Shown: positions 49,491-59,719 of the stretch, piece after piece | Layout: each line of letters opens with the position of its first letter | Numbering within the stretch: the first letter of the stretch is position 1 | Assembly: GCA_943787795.1 (NCBI GenBank) | Contig: CALSNU010000003.1 | Span: forward strand, 64,001 to 128,000 | Length of the DNA stretch: 64,000 bases | Source of the DNA: an uncultured bacterium | GTDB taxonomy: Bacteria; Planctomycetota; UBA1135; GCA-002686595 | Reading direction: 5' to 3' | Notes under the pieces: generated by a model | What the model was told of the DNA's origin: nothing | What the model saw: the letters and a program-made list of their open reading frames with translations, nothing else | Database searches by the model: none | Position numbers and translations under genes: made by a program

Positions 49491-51479
49491 ATGATGCCTC
49501 TCAAGCTCCGTCCGCTCCATCCCGGCCTGCTTCTCGGGCCCCCCGCACGTCTCAGTCAATGGGGGGCCGCTGTCCTTCTGACCGCCGCGCCGCTGGTGGC
49601 GCAGGGCGGCCCGTCGGCGGGATCTCCCGCGGCGGAACCTCCTTCTGGAACGTCTCGCCGAGCCGCGCAGAACCGAGTCGCAGCAGCTCAGGCTCCTGAC
49701 GGAGCGCGCTTCTATGAGCGCGACCTGCGGACCAGCTTTGATCGGCGCTCCGCGACCCTCGCGCGCGCTGACCTCGAGGAGCTTGAGCCCGGGGCGCCGG
49801 GGTACGAATCCGCCCTCTTCACGCTCGGCGCCGCCGGTGCCCTGGAGTCGCGGGCAGTCCTCGTGGAGTCCACCTCGGAGTTCACCTCGGAGTCCACATT
49901 GGAGGCCGCGGCCACTCAAGACCGCCTCGCGGCGATCTTTGCGCTCGGGGAGTTGAAGGCACGGGTGGGACCCGCCATCGACGTTCTCCTCGCCCTCACG
50001 ACTGACGACGACCCCGCGGTGAGGACAGCGGCCATGGTCGCCTCGATCCGCACAGGGGTCTCGGCGGGCCGTCAGCACGTGGCGACCCTCGCAGGGGGAG
50101 CGGGCAGCGCCGCTGGCGAGGCTCGCGATGTGCTCGCGTTCGCAGCCGATCCGACAGGGCAGGGGTTACCCAGCGCCTTCCGCCGGCTCTACCAGCTCCG
50201 CTGGAACGCCGCGCGCGCCTACGGCTTCATCGACGGCGCGGTCTGGGCCTCCACGCTCATGGACGAGCTGAGCGAGAACGAGCCGTTCCTTCAGGCGCTC
50301 GTCTTGCAGCTCGTGCTGGACCTGAAGATCGAGGGCGCGAGAGATCACCTCCTTGAGGCCCTCCTCGACGGCGACGGCGTGCGGCGGATCGTCGTTGGGG
50401 CCCAGCGGATGCCCGTGGTGATCGAGTCGATGATCGACGCTGGCGTCTGGCGTCCGGCGGATTGGAAGGAGTGGAAGTGGCTGATGCTGACCATCCTCCA
50501 CGAGGAGCTCGCCTACCTGTTCCCCCGAACGATCCAGCTGGCCGTGGCGCAGCCGTCCGCGGCGGCGGCGGCGGTGGCCTTCCTTCAAAGGTCCGAGGGA
50601 CGCTATGGGGAGCTGGTGGAGCGTTCTCTCAGCCACGAGGACCCCTCGGTTCGCGCCCTCGCGGCCTTCGCCCTCGGCGCAGCGGGAAACCCCGACTACA
50701 CCGCCCGACTGCTCGAGGTCTCCGAAGACCCTGTGGCGTGGGTCCGCGCCAACGCCATCGGCGCGTTGATCCGGATGGGTAACGTCGGGGGGAACATCCG
50801 AGCCGGCCGGATCCTGTCGCTGCCGCCCGAGGATCGGGAGCCGCGCATGACCTCGTATCTGTTCCAGGTGCTCGAACGAGCGGCGCCGGACGCGAACGTG
50901 ATCGAGTTCCTGCAGGACGCGGCGCCGCGGCTGGATGGGCCAGATCGTGCGGCTGCGGACGCGATCCTCCTCCTGTACTCCCGCGCTCCGGTGGAGACGG
51001 GAGTCCTGCGCAGGGAGCTCCCAGGGATGGTCGCCACCAACCCCGAGGCGATCTTCGGAGCCCGGGCCCTCGCCCGCCGGCCTGGAGCGAGCGACCTGCG
51101 CGTGATGGCGCGGCTCTTCCCGCGGGAGGGGGCCGCTGACATGAACCTCGCGCTCGCGTCTGGGCTCGCCCAATCAGGCCACCGGTCGGTGGAGCCCCTG
51201 CTCCAGAAGGCCGTGTGGGAGCTGCCCTGGAACGTCTCTGTGCTCGCCGCTGGTGTCGTGCGCGCCACCTACGGTGAGCGAACCCTGATCTCCTGGGCGG
51301 CGAACCCGCCAGTGGAGACCACGGAGCAGGACGTCCGCCGGCTCGGATACGCTATAGGAGAGTGGGGCGGGATGCCTGCGGTCGAGGCGCTACGTCGGCG
51401 CCTGAACTCGGCCGCTGGGGCCGACCTCCCTGCGCTTCAGGGCGCGATCCTGGGCGCACTCGCTGCGCGCACGCGCTAG
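49491..51479 (+). CDS. Exported HEAT-repeat protein
   Basis: Signal-like N-terminus; repeated D.DP.VR..A..AL segments. Confidence 0.75.
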   Translation: MMPLKLRPLHPGLLLGPPARLSQWGAAVLLTAAPLVAQGGPSAGSPAAEPPSGTSRRAAQNRVAAAQAPDGARFYERDLRTSFDRRSATLARADLEELEPGAPGYESALFTLGAAGALESRAVLVESTSEFTSESTLEAAATQDRLAAIFALGELKARVGPAIDVLLALTTDDDPAVRTAAMVASIRTGVSAGRQHVATLAGGAGSAAGEARDVLAFAADPTGQGLPSAFRRLYQLRWNAARAYGFIDGAVWASTLMDELSENEPFLQALVLQLVLDLKIEGARDHLLEALLDGDGVRRIVVGAQRMPVVIESMIDAGVWRPADWKEWKWLMLTILHEELAYLFPRTIQLAVAQPSAAAAAVAFLQRSEGRYGELVERSLSHEDPSVRALAAFALGAAGNPDYTARLLEVSEDPVAWVRANAIGALIRMGNVGGNIRAGRILSLPPEDREPRMTSYLFQVLERAAPDANVIEFLQDAAPRLDGPDRAAADAILLLYSRAPVETGVLRRELPGMVATNPEAIFGARALARRPGASDLRVMARLFPREGAADMNLALASGLAQSGHRSVEPLLQKAVWELPWNVSVLAAGVVRATYGERTLISWAANPPVETTEQDVRRLGYAIGEWGGMPAVEALRRRLNSAAGADLPALQGAILGALAARTR

Positions 51480-51522
51480 TCCTGGCTGACGATCTTCACA
51501 CCCTGTTGCTGCCTCCGGAACC

Positions 51523-52446
51523 ATGACGACCATGCCCCCTGAATCTGTTGCGCTGATCGGCGTCCCCATGGACCTCGGTGGGAACCGCCGCGGCGTGGAC
51601 ATGGGACCGAGCGCCCTGCGCATCGCTGGCATCGAGGCAGGGATCGTACGCCTCGGCTCGCGCTTCATCGACCGTGGTAACATCGCCGTCGGTGACCCGC
51701 GCGGAGAGGCACCTTCGGACCCCTCGGCGAAGTACCTCGAGCCCATCGCTGCGTCGTGCGCGGCGCTGGCAGATTCGGTTCAGGAGACGCTGGGGGAGGG
51801 GCACTTCCCCCTCGTCGTCGGCGGCGACCACTCGATCGCGGTGGGCACCGTCGCGGGCGTCACGCGCCACTTCCAGGCGACGGCGGAGGAGGTTGGCGTG
51901 ATCTGGTTCGACGCCCACGCGGACATGAACACCCCCGAGACCTCGGAGTCCGGCAACGTGCACGGGATGCCGCTGGCGTCGATCCTCGGGTCGGGGCCGG
52001 CCGTCCTCACTCAACTCGGCGCCAAGGTCCCCATGGTCCGGCCCGCCCGGGTGGCCATGGTCGGCATCCGCGACGTGGACCGCGACGAGGCCGCGGCGGT
52101 GCGCGAGAGCGGCGTCGCGTGCTTCACCATGCGCGAGATCGACGAGCAAGGGATCCGCGCCGTGATGGAGCAGGCCATCGCCCACGCCACGGACGGCACC
52201 GCGGGTTTCCACCTCTCCTTCGACGTGGACGGGACGGACCCGAGCGTCTGCCCCGGCGTGGGGACGCCGGTCGCAGGCGGGATCACCTACCGCGAGGCGC
52301 ACACGGTCATGGAGATGGCCGCCACCTCGGGCAAGCTGGTGAGCCTCGAGCTGACCGAGATCAATCCGATCCTCGACGACGGCAACCGGACGGCTATTGC
52401 TGCTCGGGAGTTTGCTCTCTCTGCGCTCGGGAAGAGCGTGCTCTGA
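51523..52446 (+). CDS. rocF: Arginase
   Basis: G.P.DLG..R.GVDMGP.A.R, GGDHSIA.G, W.DAHAD.NTP.TS.SGN.HGMP, GIRDVD, SFDVD..DP...PG.GTPV.GG, E.NP.LD. Confidence 0.95.
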   Translation: MTTMPPESVALIGVPMDLGGNRRGVDMGPSALRIAGIEAGIVRLGSRFIDRGNIAVGDPRGEAPSDPSAKYLEPIAASCAALADSVQETLGEGHFPLVVGGDHSIAVGTVAGVTRHFQATAEEVGVIWFDAHADMNTPETSESGNVHGMPLASILGSGPAVLTQLGAKVPMVRPARVAMVGIRDVDRDEAAAVRESGVACFTMREIDEQGIRAVMEQAIAHATDGTAGFHLSFDVDGTDPSVCPGVGTPVAGGITYREAHTVMEMAATSGKLVSLELTEINPILDDGNRTAIAAREFALSALGKSVL

Positions 52447-52783
52447 TCCGCCGCTCCGCGTCGCCGAGTCGGCGCTGCTTATCGGCTTCCTGCTTTCGCT
52501 CTTCCCTGGAGGGCCCCGCGGGCTCGGTCGGTTCGTCGTAGGGCTCCGCCACCCTTCCGGCGCGCCTGGGCGTCCAGAGGGCGAGGTTCATGGTCGTCAC
52601 CAGGATCGAAGTGAACGGCCAGAACCAGGGCTGATCGCTCCACGGCTTCATGAGCCAGCGGTTGGAGTTGACGCTGAAGCGGACCTTGGTCTCGAGCGTC
52701 AGGAGCAGGAACACCACCGTCGCGGACAGGCCTATGCTGAGGATCGCTCGCCGGGTGGGGTCAAGGGAGGGAAGGAAGCGCAT
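52394..52783 (-). CDS. Small two-TM hypothetical protein
   Basis: Two hydrophobic segments and charged tail; 3' end overlaps arginase 3' end by 53 bp. Confidence 0.5.
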   Translation of the reverse strand: MRFLPSLDPTRRAILSIGLSATVVFLLLTLETKVRFSVNSNRWLMKPWSDQPWFWPFTSILVTTMNLALWTPRRAGRVAEPYDEPTEPAGPSREERKQEADKQRRLGDAERRIRARSSRAQREQTPEQQ

Positions 52784-53006
52784 GGGGTGAGCGGAAGGAG
52801 TCCGGCCGGCGGGCTGCGAGCGGGCCGGGCGGGGGCGGTCAGGAATTTCAGCCTAGGCAACGGCGCGGTTGGGCGCCACTGGCGGGGGCTGGAGGCAAGA
52901 CTCACAGCCGAGACCGCCTGATCGAAGAGGAGCGCGGCCCACGGGCCGCGCTCCTGGTCGGCTTGAGCGCCGCGGTCGTTGCCCCCCGCCGATGTTCAGC
53001 GGGCGG

Positions 53007-54770
53007 TCAACGGACCCTCCTCACCTCCAGCTCGACTCGCAGCGCCTGCCCGCTCTCGTCCCCGAGGACGATCTTCCAGGAGTCTTGCCCACTTGGGGCC
53101 GCGGTGCCCCGCTCATTGAGCCGGGTGATCGCGGTGGACGTCGCGGCGAGGGAGCGCACCATCGGGTTCTCCACCAGCTCAATATTCTGGCTCACCTGGC
53201 CCTCCACGACGAATGCGAGGTCGCCGGAGCGAAGGCGATCCACCTGGATCGCGCAGGCGAGGCCCTCGAAGTGAAGAGTGACTTCCGGGTCGCGAATCGC
53301 GGCGTTCTTTGCCACCTCAACGCTGAAGTCCCTGACGAGCAGGCCCTCCGCACCAACGGCCAGCAGCCCCTGGGTCCCCCCGATGGTCTCGACCGCCGCG
53401 GTTCCTGACCCCTCTCCGCAAGTCCAGCTCGCCCGGATCGTGTAGACCGACGGCGATTCGCCCAGAAGGAGCGAGGTCGCGTCCATGACGGACTGGGTGC
53501 CCTCACTCTCGAAGACCAGCAGCGTCGCGTCAGGGCCCTTGATGCAGTCCGCGCCGGCCTGGAGGCGCCGAGAGATCATCTCCAAGAGACTATCGTCGCG
53601 CCTCGACAGTTGGGCGCGCAGCGGAGCCTCTCCTGGATCGCGCTTGTGGTCCTCGCCGACCACGAAGTTATTCAGCCCTTCGAGGATGTTCCCGACGCCC
53701 TCGACGCGCGCTGGGGCGAAGGCGCCGCGAGCAACAGCAAGCATGCTCTTGCCCGCGCCCATGGCGAACACCTCGGCGCTGGGCGGCGCCGAGAGGAGCT
53801 CGATGGCCACGTGGTGGCCGGGGCGCGTGGACAGGATGGTGGCGTCACCTCTACGAAGAGCGGTCTCGCCCGCCGCGGCTCCCCCGATCAGGCCGAAGGT
53901 CTCGTGCCAGCCAACGCCCTCATCGGTCTCAAGACCGCTCCCCGCCACCGCCACGCGGAACTGCGTTTGAAACGGTCCGTTGACATCGCGTTCCTCTCTC
54001 TCCGTCTCCTGCGCGATGTAGGCGAGGCGGAGGGTGTTTCCTGACCAGCTGCCGAGGAGCGCGAGATCCAACCCCTCGGCCACGTCGAGGATCAGTGGAT
54101 CACCGATCGCCGCGGCCTCGGCGATCTCCACTTCGAGGCCGTACATCGTCGAGTGCGCTATCAGTTCGCGGACGCGGGTCAGCCTGGACGCCGGAAGCGT
54201 GATCTCCCTCGTGGTCTCGAGCCCCTCGCGAGCGAGGCCACGCCAGGCGTCCCCGCCCGCAGCGCGAGCCGCAGCGAGCTGATCCGCGTCGGCAGCGAAG
54301 CGCGTCACGCGGAGCCGTGGAGCGGCGGCGAGGAGCGCCTCGAGACGTTGGAGTAGATCCGCGAACGCCGCATGCGCCTCGGCGGGTGCCTCCATGTAGA
54401 GCACGCCCGGCTCCACGAACTCTGCAGTCGTGATCCATCCACCATGGAGCTCGCTGAAGGCGCGAAACGCCACCTCCGACGGCCGCTCCCCTTCGTCGCG
54501 AGGCACGACCTCTTCGGCGCGCGGAACGACCTGCAGCAGGGGAATCACGGGGATGGGGTGGAGCTCCTCGGCGTGGCCTGCGCCCAGCAGATCGAAGGCG
54601 CGCAGGTCGACGAGTCGCGCGACGTCCGCGCGGGCGGTCTCCGCGGAGTCGCCGTCGTTTGACGGGGCCGCGCAAGGGGCCGCCCAAGGGGCCGCCGAAG
54701 TGGCCGAAGATAGGGCCGACGCCGAGGAGAGGGTCAGGGAGAGGGCGAGCGGAAGTACGAGTCGTTGCAT
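53007..54770 (-). CDS. Secreted protein with internal duplication, possibly secretin-like
   Basis: Signal peptide; two copies of a VE(I/V)A..AAI.DP......EGL motif. Confidence 0.7.
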   Translation of the reverse strand: MQRLVLPLALSLTLSSASALSSATSAAPWAAPCAAPSNDGDSAETARADVARLVDLRAFDLLGAGHAEELHPIPVIPLLQVVPRAEEVVPRDEGERPSEVAFRAFSELHGGWITTAEFVEPGVLYMEAPAEAHAAFADLLQRLEALLAAAPRLRVTRFAADADQLAAARAAGGDAWRGLAREGLETTREITLPASRLTRVRELIAHSTMYGLEVEIAEAAAIGDPLILDVAEGLDLALLGSWSGNTLRLAYIAQETEREERDVNGPFQTQFRVAVAGSGLETDEGVGWHETFGLIGGAAAGETALRRGDATILSTRPGHHVAIELLSAPPSAEVFAMGAGKSMLAVARGAFAPARVEGVGNILEGLNNFVVGEDHKRDPGEAPLRAQLSRRDDSLLEMISRRLQAGADCIKGPDATLLVFESEGTQSVMDATSLLLGESPSVYTIRASWTCGEGSGTAAVETIGGTQGLLAVGAEGLLVRDFSVEVAKNAAIRDPEVTLHFEGLACAIQVDRLRSGDLAFVVEGQVSQNIELVENPMVRSLAATSTAITRLNERGTAAPSGQDSWKIVLGDESGQALRVELEVRRVR

Positions 54771-54842
54771 GAAACGGTCCAGTCGAGGGGTGGGAACGGA
54801 TTGGATACTGGGGGCCGATCGGGCGGCGGACGAGCGGTGTGT

Positions 54843-56615
54843 TCAGTGGGGGCGGGCGCCGGAGCGCCGACCGACGGCGCGGGTCAGGCGCGCATGCAGC
54901 GCGGTGGGCGGTCCGCCGCGTCGCAGCGCGCGGTCGATGGCAGCAGGGGTCTGGTCAAGCTCGCCGCCGAGGGCCTGCCATGCCATCCACGCAGCCGCCG
55001 CCAGGCGAGGGGAGGGGTCCTGCCGGAGGGGCGCGAGCTCGTCGAGGAGTAAGGGGGCTGGCGGCCCGCTCTGTGGTCCGATCGCCGCGAGGTGCAGCAG
55101 CGCGTCGATGCGGGAAGAGAGGGCACGGTCGCCGCTCGCGCGGGCGGCCAGTCGGACGAGCAGGAGTGTTGGGTTGTCTTCGGATGCCTCTGCCGCGAAG
55201 GCCCGCATCGTGGCGCTCACGAGCACCGCCGCGGCCCCCTCGCGGAGCGCTGCCTCGAGCATGAGGTCCGCGTTCGCGCCGATGGCGGCGCGCCACGCTG
55301 CGTCCTCGAAGTCGGACCGGAGCCGCCCGCTCGCGGTGGCGCCGAGCAACGCGTCGGCCCCGCCAAGTGGGAGCAGGGCAGCGAGGGCGGCCGGGGCGGA
55401 TCGGTCGCCGTCGACGAGGGCGGCCATGACCATCGGCAAGGCGGTTTCGACCGGGCGGAGCGTCGTGGCTCGCACCAGCCGGGACCGCTCGACGTCCCGG
55501 GGCGGTCGCCGCTCCAGGGTCTGTGCCAGGGCGTCCTCCGCGTCCTCGCGTGTGGCCCATGCATCGAGCCAGGGGCTCTCTCCCGTCGCCAGGAACCGGT
55601 CGAGAAGCTCCCTCGCCATGCGATCGGGACTCGCGATCGCGACGCGAGCGGCGATGGACGGGTCGGTCTCCGCAGGCATGGCGTCGAGGGGGTCCAGGTC
55701 CTCTCCAGCGCTTGCGTTGGCCAGGGCGTCCACGGCGATCGCGCCCCGCTCGCCGCCTTCCGCCGACAGGCTCCAGAGGATCCGGACGCCCCGCTCGCCG
55801 CCGTCGAGGAGTGACCGCGCAGCGGCGTGTCCGAGGGTGCTGAACTGATCGCGGAGGAGGGCGCGATCCCGGACGTCGGCACGAGGACCGAGCAAGCGCG
55901 CGGCGGCTCCCCGCAGCGCTTGTGGCCCATCCGTACCAAGCACGCCGCGTGCGCCGCGTGCGAGATCGGTGGGGTCCAGCATGTCCAGCTCGAGGAGCAG
56001 TGGCTGGAGATCGGAGGAACGGTAGGGATCGAACCCCGTGGCATCGAGGGCGTGCAGGAGGTCCGCGGTGAAGCGCTCGAGGTCCAAGGGGGCGCGTTCG
56101 TCGCCGAGGACGAGTTCGCGGCCCGGCCGATCGGCTGCAGACCTGGCTCCGACGGTCTCAGCAGGCGCGTTGTCGGCCGCCGCGGCGAGGTCCACCCGCG
56201 GTGCGACCGAAGGGCGCTCTTCAAGCCCGTGTGGACGCGCCGTGTGGCTCCGAACCACGAGCAGAAGGGCCGCGGCAGCGGCGAGCACGAGCGATGCCGC
56301 GCCCAGTTGCACGGCTCGCCGCGGGGCAAGGCGGCGGGGTCGAAGCGGCGGAGCCTCGCCGGTCGGTGATCGGTCCGAGTCGATGCGCGAGAAGACGCCT
56401 TCGATGAAGGCTTCCTCCCCGGCGCGGGTCAGCTCGGCCACGGCGGCGCCGTCGAGGAGGCCGCGCATGCGTCGGGCCACTTGGAGCTCCGCCGCGCAAT
56501 TAGCACAGGTCTCCGCGTGGCGCTCCACCGCGGCGACGGACTCGAGTGAGGCGTGGCCATCGACGAGCTCGCGAAGGGACTCGCGCCAGGCGCGGCAGGG
56601 GCGAGGCGCTCTCAT
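54843..56615 (-). CDS. Zinc-finger (ZAS/zf-HC2) anti-sigma factor with TM and large helical C-terminal domain
   Basis: C....E.L..LVDG........VE.HAETCANC (HxxxCxxC); TM helix; ATGA overlap with sigma gene. Confidence 0.85.
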   Translation of the reverse strand: MRAPRPCRAWRESLRELVDGHASLESVAAVERHAETCANCAAELQVARRMRGLLDGAAVAELTRAGEEAFIEGVFSRIDSDRSPTGEAPPLRPRRLAPRRAVQLGAASLVLAAAAALLLVVRSHTARPHGLEERPSVAPRVDLAAAADNAPAETVGARSAADRPGRELVLGDERAPLDLERFTADLLHALDATGFDPYRSSDLQPLLLELDMLDPTDLARGARGVLGTDGPQALRGAAARLLGPRADVRDRALLRDQFSTLGHAAARSLLDGGERGVRILWSLSAEGGERGAIAVDALANASAGEDLDPLDAMPAETDPSIAARVAIASPDRMARELLDRFLATGESPWLDAWATREDAEDALAQTLERRPPRDVERSRLVRATTLRPVETALPMVMAALVDGDRSAPAALAALLPLGGADALLGATASGRLRSDFEDAAWRAAIGANADLMLEAALREGAAAVLVSATMRAFAAEASEDNPTLLLVRLAARASGDRALSSRIDALLHLAAIGPQSGPPAPLLLDELAPLRQDPSPRLAAAAWMAWQALGGELDQTPAAIDRALRRGGPPTALHARLTRAVGRRSGARPH

Positions 56616-57271
56616 CGGCCGTCCTCCTCGTCGAGCAGGGGGCCGAGCATCCGGCGCAGGGCGCGGCGGGCCTGGACCAACTGAGTGCGAACGGTGGCAG
56701 CGCGCACACCTGTGATGCGGGCGACGTGGTCGTAGCTCTGGCCCTCGAGGGCACGGAGCACAAAGGGCACGCGGAGCCGCTCGGGGAGAGCGGCGATGGC
56801 GAGCTCGACTCGCCGCCGCGTCTCCGCCTCCTCCGTGATCGCGCTCGGGGTCCGCATGCTGCCGGCCAGCGCGTCAGGCCCCTGGCCGTCCAGCAAGGAG
56901 GCTGCGGCGTCCTCGGGGCGGCGCCCGCGGGCGCGCTGCAGATCGCGGCTGAGGTGGACCGCGATGCCGAGCAGCCAGGAGGAGAACGCGGCAGCCGGGC
57001 GGTCGGCCTCGCGGAGGGTCTCGAGGCCGTGCCATGCGCGGACGAAGGTCTCCTGGGCGACGTCCTCGGCGTCCTCGTGGTTGCCCACGAGGCGCAGGGC
57101 CACTCGTTGGACCCGGGGTCGGTGGATCCGGATCAGGTCCGAGAAGGCCGCCCGGTCACCCCGAGAGGCCCGCTCGAGGCGCTCGGCGATCGCCCGCGCA
57201 CCTGCGCCAGGGTCTCCTCCGGTCCCCGCCTGCTCCATGGGGCTGAGCAGCTTCAATGCCCTCGACGTCAT
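56612..57271 (-). CDS. ECF RNA polymerase sigma factor
   Basis: GDR.AF..L, DAEDVAQETFVRAW..L, F..WL..IA, LPERLR..F.L...EG.SY..VA..TG....TVR..L..AR..L. Confidence 0.95.
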   Translation of the reverse strand: MTSRALKLLSPMEQAGTGGDPGAGARAIAERLERASRGDRAAFSDLIRIHRPRVQRVALRLVGNHEDAEDVAQETFVRAWHGLETLREADRPAAAFSSWLLGIAVHLSRDLQRARGRRPEDAAASLLDGQGPDALAGSMRTPSAITEEAETRRRVELAIAALPERLRVPFVLRALEGQSYDHVARITGVRAATVRTQLVQARRALRRMLGPLLDEEDGR

Positions 57272-57430
57272 CTGAGGGGAGTAGGGAGCGGGGACGAGGT
57301 GGTGACGGGCTTCACGCGATGTGGGTCGCCGGGCGCCTCGAGCTGTCGACGTGAATTCCCGAGTTCAGCAGCCTCGCCCGCCTCGGGGTGCCCGCCTGGG
57401 TGTGCCTGCTTGGATATGCCGGACTTGATG

Positions 57431-57472
57431 TGCCGGATGGGGGGTGCCGCATGGGGGGTGCCGCATGGGGGG
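57431..57472. repeat. 14-bp tandem repeat (3 copies) with G6 runs
   Basis: TGCCG(G/C)ATGGGGGG x3. Confidence 0.8.
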
Positions 57473-57693
57473 TGATCAAAGCGAGGGCTTCGACTCGTCG
57501 CAGCGGAGGAGCCTCGGCGTGCAGCGGGAGATGGATGTGGAGGGCCCGATGGGCTCCGTGCGAACTCAGCGTGGCCCCGGTGAGGTCGCTGCGACCTACA
57601 CCTCGGAGGAGGACGCCACGCACCCGACGAGTCGGGTTCTGACCCCCACGCGGTCTCGCACCATCGGCTCGCGGGGTGTGAACCTCGGAGGTG

Positions 57694-59499
57694 TCAGAGC
57701 GCGAACGGCCACCAGATCGGGATGGCGACCGTGGCCACTGTGCCGGTCAGGAGCGCGAGGGGCGCGCCCACCCGGAGGAAGTCGCGGTACTTGTAGCCGC
57801 CAGGGCCCATGACCATGGCGTTGGCCTGGTGGGCGACGGGGGAGAGGAAGGCGAGGCTTGAGCCGGCCACGACGGCCATGACCATGGGCTCGGGCGAGAC
57901 GCCCAGGGACGCCGCGAGCTTGAGGGCGACCGGGGTCATGATCACGGCGGTCGAGACGTTGTTCAGCACCTGGGTGAGCAGCATCGTCACCGTGAGGATC
58001 ACCGCCAGGATGAGCTGCGGGCTGAGGCTGTCGCTGGCGAGGTTCGAGATGCCGGAGGCGACGACGTCGTCGAGGCCAACCTTCTGGAAGGCGCCCCCAA
58101 GGGAGAGCATGCCACCCACGAGCGCGATGACCTTGAAGTCGATCACCCGAGGCACCTCGTCGGGGCGGATCACCCTGGTGAGCACCAGGACCATGGCGCC
58201 GGCGAGCCCGAGGATGGCGAGGGGCTGATCCGTGAGGGCGGCGCCGAGGAGCACCGCGAGGAGCGTGAGGATCACGATCCAGGACTGGCTGCTCGCGACA
58301 GGGGCCTGGACCTCGTCCAGGGTCAGCACCTGGCGCTCCTGGCGGGCGCGGTCGATGTCGCGCAGGTGGCCCTGGACGAGCAGGGTGTCCCCGATCTCGA
58401 GCGGTAGGTCCTGCAATCGGCTCAGCTGGATCTCTCCGTGGCGAGACATGGCGAGGACGTTCAGGCCCGTCCGGGTCCGGAAGGCAGCCGAGGCCAGGGT
58501 CTGGCCGACGTAGAGGGAGCCGGCGGGCACCACAGCCTCCACGAGCCGCACGTCGTCGGAGTACAGGCGGGAGTCGCCCGCCTCCACGGATTGGCGTTGC
58601 TGAAGCGGGAGCACCTCCGAGAGGCGAAGGAGGTCGTCCGGGGAGCCCTGGAGGATGAGCGTGTCGTCCGCTCGGATCCGGTTGTAGGGGCCAGGGGCCA
58701 GGACAGGCCGCTCGCCGGTGCCGCGCACGATGCCGAGCACGGTCACGTTGAACCGGCTGAAGACGTCGACGTCGGCGACGTTCCGGTTGATCAGCTCGCT
58801 GGTAGGCTCCACCAGGACCTCCGTCACGAACTTCGGGACCTGGTAGCGATCCGAGAGGGTCTCCTCCACGTCGGAGCGCGGGAGCAACCAGCGCCCGGGG
58901 CCCACGAAGTACAGCACCGTAACGAGCAGCAGCAGGAGCCCGAGGTGGCTGAACTCGAAGAGCCCGAACGGGCCGCAGGGCTCGTTCTTCAGGATCTCGT
59001 TGATGGCGATGTTGGTGGAGGTGGCGACGACAGTCACCAGCCCGCCGACCAGGCTCCCGAACGCGAGCGGGAGGAGGAGCCTGGAGAGGGGGACCCGCAG
59101 CCGGTGGCTGACGGAGTTCGCCACCGGGATGAGGGTGGCCACGACCCCGGTGTTGGAGAGCACTGAGGAGAGCAGACCGGAGACGGCGGTGACCCGGAGC
59201 ACGACACCGGGCTCCCGGCCCGGGTGAGCGGGCCCAGCGCCCAGCACACGGCGTCCCATGCCCTCAGCGAGCCCGCTCTTCGTGAAGGCGTGCCCGAACA
59301 TGTACATGGCGGCGATCAGCACCACAGCCGACGAGGAGAAGCCGTCGAACCCCTCTTCAACGTCGAGGACGCCGGTCAGCACGAGGGCCACGACGACCGC
59401 GAGGGCCGTGACCTCGAACCGGACGGCGTCCGTGACGAAGAGGATCAGACTCCCCGCCAGGATCGCGAGGACGATGGACTGGTCGTCGAAATTGGGCAT
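57694..59499 (-). CDS. SLC13/DASS family permease with TrkA-C (RCK_C) domains
   Basis: GFSS.AV, S..LSNT..VA...P, TSTN, two central soluble domains, NN.STA..M.P.A, F.SP..HQ.N.MVMGPGGY...DF.R.G.PL. Confidence 0.93.
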   Translation of the reverse strand: MPNFDDQSIVLAILAGSLILFVTDAVRFEVTALAVVVALVLTGVLDVEEGFDGFSSSAVVLIAAMYMFGHAFTKSGLAEGMGRRVLGAGPAHPGREPGVVLRVTAVSGLLSSVLSNTGVVATLIPVANSVSHRLRVPLSRLLLPLAFGSLVGGLVTVVATSTNIAINEILKNEPCGPFGLFEFSHLGLLLLLVTVLYFVGPGRWLLPRSDVEETLSDRYQVPKFVTEVLVEPTSELINRNVADVDVFSRFNVTVLGIVRGTGERPVLAPGPYNRIRADDTLILQGSPDDLLRLSEVLPLQQRQSVEAGDSRLYSDDVRLVEAVVPAGSLYVGQTLASAAFRTRTGLNVLAMSRHGEIQLSRLQDLPLEIGDTLLVQGHLRDIDRARQERQVLTLDEVQAPVASSQSWIVILTLLAVLLGAALTDQPLAILGLAGAMVLVLTRVIRPDEVPRVIDFKVIALVGGMLSLGGAFQKVGLDDVVASGISNLASDSLSPQLILAVILTVTMLLTQVLNNVSTAVIMTPVALKLAASLGVSPEPMVMAVVAGSSLAFLSPVAHQANAMVMGPGGYKYRDFLRVGAPLALLTGTVATVAIPIWWPFAL

Positions 59500-59719
59500 G
59501 ACGTGACCACGGAGGCTCCCGCCTTCCTCCAGGTGCTTTGGGTGGAGATGACCCCGCCGACTCCCTCAGGAGGCATGCCGGGCCAGGTCAGCGGGCGCGC
59601 GCCGTGCCTGCGCGTCCACCTCTAGTAGTCTAGCGGGCTTCATCGATCGACGCCCGTGAGCTATAAGGGAACGCCGCTGACGTACCCTCTGGCAGCTCTC
59701 TCCCGCACGGACCCACCCC

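Noticed and set aside
57431..57472. Functional G-quadruplex upstream of the ECF sigma gene
   Set aside because: The G-runs derive from a 3-copy tandem repeat in GC-rich DNA, with no independent support.
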